NCBI GenBank assembly: GCA_965603825.1
Contig: CBFDEM010000027.1
Location: forward strand, 716,131-780,130
Direction: 5' to 3'
Source: Blepharisma stoltei ATCC 30299
Taxonomy: Eukaryota; Protista; Ciliophora
Length of the DNA: 64,000 bases
Every line of letters starts with the position of its first letter. The first letter of the stretch is position 1. The translations under genes were made by a program, and so were the position numbers. Positions 33,661 to 44,213 of the stretch are shown piece by piece. The notes beneath the pieces were generated by a model, which worked only from the letters and a program-made list of their open reading frames with translations, searched no databases and was not told the origin of the DNA.

Positions 33661-35010
33661 ATGAACTACTTCATTATTTCATTAGCTTATACCATAGTAG
33701 CTGCCTGAAATATAGAACTGACTCAAACTTCCCACTTAGTTTATACCTGGTTCAATCTTACAAGCCTCGTAAATAATGACCGCTTAGTTATTCAATTGGA
33801 CCAAAAATCTAAAAATATTCCGCTCTTACTTATGGTAAAATTTAATTCACTACCAACTTTTTATTATGACGAAGACTTACACAAATATATTTTTAATGCA
33901 GATTTTTTTGATTTTGAAGCTTGAAGCCAGAATTTTCAATTCAGCTATATTTCAATTCCGAAGAAGCTTTTATCTACGCAATCAAATATAAGTGTAGGAA
34001 TTTTCTCTGAAGAAAATGGGTTTGCATATCAAATTTCAGCCCACGGAAAAGATGACCGTTATTGTGAACCGTCTTGCAACAACGGAGGAGTCTGCTCTTT
34101 AGGGAGCTGCACTTGTATCAATGACAACTGAGGCTATGATTGTTCAGTGCCTTTCAGTGAATTTTCATTGGATGAAAATCAGCTTTTGCGCCTTGAAAAA
34201 TCCGGAGACTGGAAATTTTTTTATTTTAATCCTTCACAAAATCCATTCACAGTGAAGTGTGAAAAAATCCAAGGAGACTCTTTTCTATATTTTACTCATT
34301 ATGAAAACAAGCATGAGCTACCTAGCATGCTCTATAAAGATTTTTCGTTATTTTTCGACTCATCTGAAGCCTTAAAAGAGTGAAATAACTCAGAAAACAG
34401 CAATGATTTATGGTTATTTTCAGTGTTTTGCAAAGATAATCCCAGCTGTGAACTTAAAATTTTGATTGAAAATCAAGACACTTCTTCAAGTAATAAAAGT
34501 GATGGTAAATTTAATTGGCTTACTCTTGTGATTTCTTTTGCTGTCTGCGCTTCAGTCCTTTTTTGTGTAATACCAATTGGGATTTCTTTAGTTAGAAGAT
34601 GCAAGAAATGAAAAATTGGGTCACCAGATGAGCTTGCAGTTTGGAAAAATGCTTTAACACCAAAAGTCATGCAAAAGTTTTTCCCTTCTTATAAGTGACG
34701 GGAACTGGATAAGGAAAAAACATCATGCACGATTTGTCTAGATGAGCTTAAAAATGGGGAAAAAGTCAGAAAATTAGCATGTGAGCATATTTATCATATG
34801 AAATGTATCGATTCGTGGATACAGAATAAATCAGATTGTCCTTTATGTAAACAGTTGGTAAGGGAAGTAGGGAAATCAGAAGAAACACTAGAAACTTCTA
34901 TGAATGAGACGGTAATTGGAAGTCAATCAATACGGCAAGATATCGTAATCAGAGGAGAAAATAGAGGCCAGATTGATACTGAAGAAGAAAAGAACGAGAA
35001 TAGCTTTTAA
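33661..35010 (+). CDS. Type I membrane RING-H2 E3 ligase with EGF-like ectodomain (paralog B)
   Basis: ATG 33661, single frame through several TGAs; shares PLLLMVK, DFEAWSQN, LPSM, FSVFC, TM and CTICLDEL..LACEHIYHMKCIDSW..CPLCK with paralog A. Confidence 0.88.
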
Positions 35011-35046
35011 TTTATCGTGGATAAATTAAAAATAATTAATTAAATA

Positions 35047-35532
35047 ATGTCAGACCCGGACTTAGATAACCCATATAGGCAAAATCCACAGAATCAGCAG
35101 AATCAGCAAAATTTTCAGTATCAAAGAATGCCAGAAGAATATCAAAATCAACAATACCCACCTCAGTCATATGGACAACCCCAGCCTGCATATGGGCAAC
35201 CTCAACCAGCATATGGACAACCTCAGCAAGCATATGGACAGCCTCAGCCTGTATATGGACAGCCTCAACCTCAATATAATCAGCAACCTCAATATGGGCA
35301 ACAGCCTCAGTATGGATCACAACCTCAGTATGGGCAACCCCAATATGGGCAAGTTCCTAACTATGGAGCAGCTCAGCCTTCTCAATATCCAGGAGTAGGA
35401 GTCACTGCACCTGACCCAAGCGGCTACTCAGGCGCTGGGGTTAGGATATCAAAGAAAACTGCCTGAACTTTAGGAATTATTGGGGGTGGACTTATATTTC
35501 TTGGTATCATTATGCTAATTATCTTTTCATAA
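35047..35532 (+). CDS. Q/P/Y/G-rich tail-anchored membrane protein (YGQPQPA repeats)
   Basis: Reads through TGA 35464 into hydrophobic tail WTLGIIGGGLIFLGIIMLIIFS; TAA 35530-35532. Confidence 0.82.
35170..35350 (+). repeat. Coding tandem repeat of 21/18-bp units (YGQPQPA / YGQQPQ)
   Basis: tatggacaaccccagcctgca, tatgggcaacctcaaccagca and similar units, about 9 in total. Confidence 0.85.
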
Positions 35533-35985
35533 ACATAAATTGCATAGCGGATAGCTATATTGATTTTTAGCAACTTTATAATAGAGAAATCATTGAGAAA
35601 ACATATATTTAATATTTTGACTTATGCTTTTAATTATTATTCAAAATCTATATTTATTATTCATTATCAATATTTCTTATGCATCAATGAAAATTAAGCT
35701 AATCCAGACAGGTAATTTATGAAAATCGGATTGTTTTTGATGTAAAAAAAATTAGCAACGTAAGTATGGAAATTAGATAAACATTAGAAACTTTGATGAT
35801 AGAAAAAGAAACTAGAAATCAATGGATAGGGAGTTTTTTTATAGTTACAGGAGAAATAGAAGCTAGACTAATAAAAAAAAGAATGAAGAACAAATTAATT
35901 TATTGTTGATAAATAAAAAGGCGATTAAAATGAAATAATAATAATAATGTGAAACCAGACTTATATAATCCACATATAATATTAA

Positions 35986-36366
35986 ATGTCAGACCCTGAT
36001 TTAGATTATCCTTATGCGCAAAATCCCCAGAATCAGCCAAACTTTCAATATTAAAGAATGCCAGATCAAGAATACTCTCTCCAATCATATGGGCAGCCTC
36101 AGCCTGCGTATGGACAACCTCAGTCTGGGCAACAACTTCAATATGGGCAGCAACCTCAATATATGCAACAACCTCAATATGGACAACCAACTAGGATTGT
36201 GATAACTCAAAATTCTCAATATACAGGAATGACAAACATGGAGCGAGATGAAAGAGCCTCAGCATTCTTAAGAAATAGGAGATGCAAGTTCAGATTATTT
36301 TCTTTAGCAGCTGTTGGGAGTTTGATTATATTCTTTGTAATCGTATTTTTACTTACTCAACTATAA
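35986..36366 (+). CDS. Tandem paralog of the Q/P/Y/G-rich tail-anchored protein, with in-frame TAA at codon 23 (pseudogene or restart at ATG 36058)
   Basis: MSDPDLDYPYAQNPQNQPNFQY*RMPDQ aligns to MSDPDLDNPYRQNPQNQQNQQNFQYQRMPEE; C-terminal TM intact. Confidence 0.7.
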
Positions 36367-36611
36367 AAATTATTCATACATAAATCATCTAATTATTGAG
36401 TTTCTATTGCATTATTTGCATCATTTTAGTATTTATCTAATTTTAGCAACCCTCTGTATAAAAAAACCCTTAAATATTCTTTAGAAACCAAGTATTTTTA
36501 GACATCAATGAAAATTTACTTTTTATTTTAACTCGAAGGCTGCATTTATCAGCTATCAAAAAAGAAAATCCATGATCTTTTCCTTAACTTAATTATTATT
36601 AAGTTAAATAA

Positions 36612-39071
36612 ATGAATGAGTTTTTACTTCCAGAGCCACTTCCTCTGTTCGAGTCAGGAAAATACATCGAGCTTCCTAAACCTCAGTAACATTTACTCAG
36701 ATGAAAACTCAAAACTCCTCATTCGCCTTCCTATTTTGCCAACTACGAATCGCAATTCCAGTTAAATCCCTTTAAATTAGCATTTTCCCTGCCTCAGCCA
36801 GTTGATGATAATATGCAAGATTTTATACAGTCTTTATTATCAGATTCCTGCCCTTCACCAATCCCTCAAAGCCCATCTAAATTCAAGTTCTCATCTTATT
36901 TCGAATGTGGAAATTTAGAAAAGGTATATAAGAGATCAGAATTTGAGTATGATTTATTAATGAAAACAGATACGAATTCTCAGGGTTATGCTCAATGGTT
37001 TTATTTTGACGTTGATAATGAGGCAATTGGAGAAATAAAAATAAACATTTTGAACTTTTCCAAAAGAAAAAGTTTATTCAGAAAAGGAATGAAACCTGCC
37101 TATAAAATAGCTAGTGAAAATGTCTGGAAGTATGTAGATAATACTGCTTATGACTGCTGCGAGCTGGAAAATGGCAGAAGATTTTACACACTGTCGTTCA
37201 GGTACACATTTACCCAAGCAAACGAAAAAGTCTCTTTTGCTTTTTCAATCCCTTATACATTTACAAGACTAAAAAACTTTTTAATTAATGCTGAAGAAAA
37301 AATAGGAACTGAGAAAATCAAAGAGCCTGAAATAGAAATGGCAAATTTAAGCTACAAAAGAGAAGTGCTTTGCAGCTCAGCAGGGGGGCTTCCCGTTTGA
37401 GTGCTAACAATTACAGCTGGTAAGAAAACAGGACTTACCTACGCAAACCGAAAAGGCGTTATAATCACTGCAAGAGTCCACCCAGGCGAAACAACAGGCT
37501 CGTTTATCGTTGAAAACTTTATAAAATTCTTACTAGACGAAACTAATAAACAATCTATCGCCCTGAGGAATATTTTTATTTTCAAAATAATCCCAATGCT
37601 AAACCCAGATGGTGTAGTATGTGGAAACTACCGCACATCGCTTGCAGGGGTTGATTTAAACCGCCAGTGGATTACTCCATCTCCTACAAGTCATCCAGAA
37701 ATTTACTATACCAAAAACCTAATAAAAGAATTCCAAGAAAACCATGAAGTCTCTATATTTTGCGACCTCCATGGCCATGCGAAAAAATACAATTCCTTTA
37801 TATATGGCTGCAATGCTGCAGCTGAAGGTGGAGTATTGTCATGGACAAAGGTCAGACTTTTCCCTAGGGTGTTAGCAAGGCTTACTCGAATATTTTCTTA
37901 TAAAGACTGCAGATTTAATGTGCAGCAAGATAAGTTGGGGACTGGAAGAGTAGTGGTGTGGAATGAGCTGAAAGTGACTAATAGTTTTACGCTGGAAACT
38001 AGCTTTTATGGGTTTGAAGATGGAAAAGAAATTAAAGTTTATGGGGAGGAGGAGCTAGAAGAGCTTGGTTTTAGCATCGCAAAAGCGATATTAAAATTTT
38101 CTTATCTGTCAAAAAGCTTAGAGCAAGAGTTATTAAAATCTAATACCTGGCTAAAATCAAAATTAGTTAAAGAATGCTCGCTATCAGTCGAAGACATTTT
38201 CGCCCAAAAATTGCGAGAAAAAAGAGCCTCTTCAAAATCATTTGAAGGTGAAAATAATGTGAAAACAAAACGATTAGCGAGAAATACCAGTCAAGCTAGA
38301 AATATAAGAATTAAGCCAAGTGACAGTTGAAATTCCAATATTGAAGACCTAGATAAAAATTGGAGCAATTATTTTTCAATCAGCGAGCTTCAAAACGCAC
38401 AAAGGAAAATCGAATTAAACCAGCCTTGTGATGACGAAAGCTTTATAAGTGATAGCTCGTCTAGTGGAGATTCAGCTGAGCTTAGATCAAATTATATGAG
38501 CCCGAAAGCTCCAAAGGTAGAATTTAAAGTCCCAAAAAATATGATGCCGATAAAGCTTGAAGATGAACCGACACAGTCTAGGATTCCAAGAATAATGGAA
38601 GACGTTGGGACTTGTTTTACGAGTTTTGGATTTTTCCAAAATAAAGTTAAATTATCAACGACGCCTATTAGCTTTACAAGGGTTGATCAAAATTATAGAG
38701 GACTGAGGAGTCGATATTTTAGGCCTGGAATAAGGCCAAGAAAACAGTCTGAGCTAGATGAAGATTTTAGGCTGAACGCTTCAAATGCAACTTTGCATCT
38801 GAGAAAAGAGGATTCTTCACATGGCAGCAATACTGCATCTTTTAGCATTAAACTGCCTGATATAAGAGACCAAAAAAGATATAAAAAAATAATAAAAAAC
38901 TTGTCAAAGCCTCAGATGCCAAAAACTACGAAAACAGTAAAGTTAGAGCATAAAAAGCCAAGCAAGCCTAACTTTCTGGTAAAGTCAGTGAAAATTCCGA
39001 TAAAGCCGGAGGCTATTAATAGTATATCTACAAAAAAACTTATAACTCGCTTTGATTGTGATTACTATTAA
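36612..39071 (+). CDS. Cytosolic carboxypeptidase (CCP/AGBL, M14D tubulin deglutamylase-like), one intron
   Basis: FECGNL, QWFYF, PYTFTRL, ARVHPGE, PMLNPDGV..GNYR, DLNRQW, DLHGH, SFTLETS; TGA at 37398 and 38328 read as W; intron 36686-36700. Confidence 0.92.
36686..36700 (+). other. 15-nt intron (gtaacatttactcag)
   Basis: GT..AG, A at -6; contains in-frame TAA; removal links ATG 36612 to the CCP frame. Confidence 0.85.
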
Positions 39072-39129
39072 CATTTATCATATTTGCTGTACAAATTTAT
39101 TCAATATTTTATTATTAATTAATATTTTC

Positions 39130-40410
39130 CTAAGCCACCCCTTTTTGTTCAAGTTCTCCATCGACCCATATTCCTTCAATTGTGTCTCCACAAGCCATCG
39201 TAAGAATTCCTTTCCCTTCTCTTTTATCCCGTTTAAACCTTCCCACAAAGGTATCCCCAGTTTTCCACGTATATTTCCCATCTCCATGCATTTCGTCATC
39301 TACCCACTCTCCTTCATATTTATCCCCATTTTTAAACTTCATGTTCCCACGTCCTTCTTTTTTCCCATTCCTAAACTCTCCAATATAAATATTCCCAGAG
39401 CTATAAGTTCTTTTGCCTACTCCATTAATGACCCCATCTTCAAAATCTCCTTCATAGACTCCCCAATCTTTCCATTTATAAATCCCTTTCCCTGATCTTT
39501 TATCATTTTCCCAATTGCCTTCATATTGGTCTCCATTGGAATATTTAATTTTTCCATACCCTGACCGTTTTCCTTCAGAATCGATTTCCCCATAATATAA
39601 ATTTTCTCTGGAATAAGAAGTCTGATAAGGATTAGAATAATAAGAATTAGACGACGGGTATACATCGGTGGCAAAAGTAGGGTATCTTCTAGAGTACTGG
39701 TCTCCATTAGAATTACCATTGCTTTGTGAGGATACAGAGTTGTACGAAGGCTGAGTAATCTGTGGAGTCACAATTGGAGGTGCCGGAATAGGGAGATAAT
39801 CATGGTCAAACTCCTCCAATATTTTTTTGCAAGATTCTTCTAATAATAGCTTTTCTTTTACAGGCTCTATCACTGATTTCAAAAATTGTTCATCTAAAAT
39901 ATTAGTTAAAGTCCTTCTCATGTCGCTCACTAAATATTTGTCTAAATGCATGAATAAAATCTTAGCAGCTTTTACAAAATCTTGGTAAGCTAAATAAATT
40001 TTTGTTAAAACAGTGACCAAATCATCGTCTTCTGCAGCTAGAATTAGATTTTTTGCTTTTTTAAAGAAGAATAATTCACTCACAGCTTTGCAGGCACTGT
40101 AGCAGAGCTGTGACATCCTATCTTTATAGTTAACCAAGCTGTAAATTGACTCAGTGATAAAAAGCTTGACCTTATTTACTCGGGTAACTTTGAAGCGGGG
40201 TTCATCTTCGAGGAGGCTTAAGCCCCACCGATCAGTTACTTCTCATGCTCCAGTGGAAATTTCTTCAGTTTTGGTATCATCCGACCCAAGCCAGTTAAGA
40301 GATTCAAGGTCTTCATGCACTTTTTTCCAATCTACAGGTGCGCCTTGACTTATACGAGAAATTGATTCAAATACATCAGGAAGTTTTGACTGTATATCTT
40401 GCTCTTCCAT
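39130..40410 (-). CDS. Cullin-repeat-like domain plus MORN repeat protein (~426 aa)
   Basis: ATG 40410 in frame via one TGA; LTKIYLAYQDFVKAAKILFMHLDKYLV...FLKSVIEPVKEKLL resembles cullin repeat 1; six clear MORN repeats (YEGNWENDKRSGKG). Confidence 0.8.
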
Positions 40411-40592
40411 ATTATATTACAACAGAAATCATAGGGGTGCTTATTGTAGATTTGTCTAGCACAGTATTTTTTTTATGAAACTAGTAATAATTTAAAGCAA
40501 ATTTGCTTAAAATTCTAAAAATAGGACATTAATAAAAATTATATGCTGTCTCAATATAAACTAACGAGAAAATCACTATGTATAATCTAAAA

Positions 40593-42023
40593 ATGGCAGA
40601 AGAAGTCAAGGCTAATGGTGCTTTAAGTGCGCAAGCTGAAGAACTAAAAACTCAAGGCAATCAGAAATTCAAAGAAGCTCATTTCTCAGCTGCCATTGAC
40701 TTGTACACACAAGCTCTAGAGCTGGTCCCTTCCGCAATCCTTTTCTGCAATCGATCTGTGGCTCATCTCAAGCTAGAAAACTATGGATACGCGGAAGCAG
40801 ATGCCACTCGAGCTATCGAATGTGATCCTACCTACATAAAAGGCTACTACCGCCGTGGCTCTGCTTTCTTTGCAATGGGAAAATTTAAGCAGGCAATCAA
40901 AGATCTAAAAACAGTCTGCAAGATCGTGCCAAATGACCGTGACGCTAAGACCAAGCTTGCGACAGCCCAAAAAGAACTCAGGGCTATTTTATTTGCTGAG
41001 TGTTTGGAACGAGAAACCCCGCCTCCACTGAACCCAGAAAATATTATTGTCCCTGACTCATATCAAGGGCTTCACCTGCCTGACGTTGTAACTGAGAGCT
41101 GGGTGGTTAATTTGATGCAAGAATTCAAGGATCAGAAAAAATTGCACAAAAAATACGTGGTCATGATATTACTAAGAATTAGAGAAATTTTGTCAAGATA
41201 TACGTCTCTGGTATATGTGAATATCCCAGATAATGACGAAATTACAGTCTGTGGCGATGTGCATGGGCAGTATTACGACTTAATGAACATTTTCCAAGTC
41301 AACGGGAGGCCGAACATAGACAACCCTTACTTGTTTAACGGTGATTTTGTGGACAGAGGCTCCTTTTCTGTAGAAGTCATTTTGACGCTTTTTACTTGGA
41401 AACTCTGCTACCCCAATCATTTCCACCTGACAAGAGGAAATCACGAGTCAAAAAACATGAACAAGATGTATGGATTTGAAGGAGAAGTAATGGCTAAATA
41501 CGATGCTGAAGTATATGACCTTTTTAGCAATGTTTTCTGCTATTTACCATTAGGCGCTGTTTTAAATAATAAAGTCCTAGTGGTCCATGGAGGTCTTTTT
41601 GCACAGGACGGAATCAAGCTTGCAGATATTGATAATACAGACAGAGTCCGAGAGCCACCAGAATCAGGAATTATGTGTGATATCCTATGGAGTGACCCTA
41701 TAAAACTAAACGGTAGACATCCTAGCAAACGCGGAACCAGCATTAACTTCGGCCCAGACGTTGCCCATGCCTTTTTGAACGAAAATGGTCTCGATATCCT
41801 TGTCAGATCTCACGAGGTCAAAGAAGAAGGCTACGAAGTCGAAGCTAATGGCAGAGTTATCACGATTTTCAGTGCTCCAAACTACTGTGACCAAATGGGA
41901 AACAAAGGCGCCTTTATCAGGTTCAAAGGAAGCGAAATGAAGCCTAAATTCACCCAATTTTCGGCAGTTCCTCATCCAAACATCCCAGCGATGAATTATG
42001 CTAGACAATTTATGTTTAGTTAA
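40593..42023 (+). CDS. PPP5C: Serine/threonine protein phosphatase 5 (TPR + PPP)
   Basis: Three TPRs; GDVHGQ, GDFVDRG, RGNHE, SAPNYC; PP5 tail PHPNIPAMNYA. Alternative ATG at 40578. Confidence 0.96.
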   Translation: MAEEVKANGALSAQAEELKTQGNQKFKEAHFSAAIDLYTQALELVPSAILFCNRSVAHLKLENYGYAEADATRAIECDPTYIKGYYRRGSAFFAMGKFKQAIKDLKTVCKIVPNDRDAKTKLATAQKELRAILFAECLERETPPPLNPENIIVPDSYQGLHLPDVVTESWVVNLMQEFKDQKKLHKKYVVMILLRIREILSRYTSLVYVNIPDNDEITVCGDVHGQYYDLMNIFQVNGRPNIDNPYLFNGDFVDRGSFSVEVILTLFTWKLCYPNHFHLTRGNHESKNMNKMYGFEGEVMAKYDAEVYDLFSNVFCYLPLGAVLNNKVLVVHGGLFAQDGIKLADIDNTDRVREPPESGIMCDILWSDPIKLNGRHPSKRGTSINFGPDVAHAFLNENGLDILVRSHEVKEEGYEVEANGRVITIFSAPNYCDQMGNKGAFIRFKGSEMKPKFTQFSAVPHPNIPAMNYARQFMFS

Positions 42024-42037
42024 ATAAATGGTGATAT

Positions 42038-43480
42038 CTACATATTTAAATAAATAATTATCAGGGTGATGTCGTCTATCACCTCATCTTCTTGCTTTCA
42101 GCGCTTCACAGCTTCATTGACAAGCTTGTCGCAAGAAGGCTCAAAACTGCTGGTTTCATAGTGGTTTGAAATAAGGTTTATGCATTCTTCATTGCTGATG
42201 AACTCTCAGAGGCCATCTGACGCAATTACTATAAATTTGTCTCCAGCTGTTAAGATACGCTCAGTAATTTCTGGCTCTGCAATTACACCTACTTGAGAAG
42301 CTACATGGTCACCTATAGATCTTGACATGGCGAGGCCTGGGATTTGTTCATTTTTCATCCAAACACGAGATGGGCCTAAAAATCTGCCTGAAGGCTGCCG
42401 GAAGGGCTCCACTCTTCCGCCATGTCTTTCAATCCTGCTTTGTTCATGCAAGTCATTAGGCTTGTGGTCTCTTGACAAAGGGATCGCAGACCACTTCCCA
42501 TGGTCATATCTGCCCAAAACTGCCCTTGAGTCTCCTACATTAGAGCAAAGCAGAAGCTTCCCTCTCAGTAAAACTGATACAGAAGTGGTGCCTGAGTAGC
42601 TTATGTCAATTGCTTTTGAGTGATTTAAATCGCTATTTGTTACCAAATGAGCTCTCAGAAGTACCTGCTTTAGCTTTAAAATATCTTCTTGAGGCAGAGG
42701 ATCTTCCAGCTTTGCATGAACTAAATTATTATTACAGTCCATTGGTAATAGATTTTCTATTTGCAGAGGAAGAACCCTTTTTACAAAGGCAGACACATCG
42801 TGGCCGTTAAGCCCATGCCCGTCCATAACTGCAAAAAGAAACTGATTTTCAGTCCTTGCGAAATTGCTCTCAATAAGAAAATTGTCTTGGTTGTTAGGCT
42901 TTTTCTTGCCGGCAACTGAGCCTGTGCGAGTTTTAAAGCAGACCTGTACCACGTGGCTTTGGAGAGTTTTTTTTACTATTGGGACGTCTGCGGAGCCTCT
43001 TCTTGAATGAGGCCTGCTTCGTTCAGAAGTCACTCTTCGGGTGTTTGGGTCGCTTTGTGTTTTCATCTGTAAATCACTATGCTTGAGATTTGATAAATAA
43101 AGGGATGGCTTTTCCCGGGAAATTCGAGGCTGCAGTATTTCTTTGTTTTGGGATAAATAATTTTGATGATGGCTCCTTATGAGGTTTATGATTTCTTTAG
43201 AACTGCTTTCTCGACTTGTAACGAGGTTCCTAAAAGTGCTGGAAAAAGGCTTATTTTCTGTTAGTTTGTAAGTGAGTTCAAGGGAACTTCGGGTTTGGTT
43301 AAAAATCCGAGGTTTTATTTTACATTCTGGGGATAGGGTGGCTTTTTTTATGAGGTCTCGAGCGGAGTCAGAAGACCTTGAAATTTTGCTGACGTTTGGG
43401 TTACTTCGAATGGCTTGGAGTTTGTGTGTTAGAGATTGTGTGGATAAGGATCTACCTGAGCTACTTAACTTCCGTTCCAT
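42038..43480 (-). CDS. Protein phosphatase 2C (PPM family)
   Basis: NQD, DGHG, SGTT, NVGDSRAVL, DHKP, GLAMSRSIGD, ASDGL-W(TGA)-EF, continuing to DDIT and TAG at 42038-42040. Confidence 0.94.
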
Positions 43481-44213
43481 TGTTAAAAAAGAAATGAATT
43501 CTTGGTCACCTTTTTAGCTAAATATTAGATGATTCCCTGAGCTTATCTGACTAATTTTTTTTAAATCGTTTTTTAATTTTATTTTCAGAACTAATAATTA
43601 TGAGGGAATCACCAAATTTTTTGATTGATTTTATGATTTAAATGCAATTTATTTATAATACTCGGCTTAGCTTGAGGGTTATTTAAATAATAGAAAAGTG
43701 ATTCAGTAAAAGAAGAAAGTTTTCTTAAAAATTCTGATTTTTAACTCTTTAAATTCTGAAGGAAATTAGGAAATTATAAAGTACTGCAGATTGCTTAAAC
43801 CAATCTAGTATTATTTTACAGAATTATAATTAACTTAAAAAATAAAATATATTAACTTACTAATAAATCAATAATTATTTCTGTAAAAAATTCTCTACAA
43901 TCAATTAGCCCTAATTAATCAATACAAAAAAATAAATATACTTTTAGAATGAAAAACATTAAAAATCATAAATTTGATTTATTAAATATAAAACAGCAGC
44001 TCTGAGACATCTGCTTATAAATCTCAAAACCTTTTAAATAAATCCAAAGTAATTGTTGTCTTAATGATATATATACAAACTAGCCAAACAAATTAAAAGC
44101 AAGCTGGGCTTAATTTTATGGTCTAAACCAATGTTTAATGCGTTATAATAAAGTTAGCCTACAAAATTAATAGTTATTATCAACTTATTTTATCAGAAAT
44201 TAATTTTCCAGCT

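Noticed and set aside
35170-35350. Short periodic repeats resembling a CRISPR array (also 57200-57525)
   Set aside because: No unique spacers; both are in-frame coding repeats in a eukaryotic genome.
33165-44213. Retained IES or MITE in the longer AT-rich intergenic gaps (33165-33660, 35533-35985, 43481-44213)
   Set aside because: No terminal inverted repeats or transposase remnants seen; needs MAC versus MIC read comparison.
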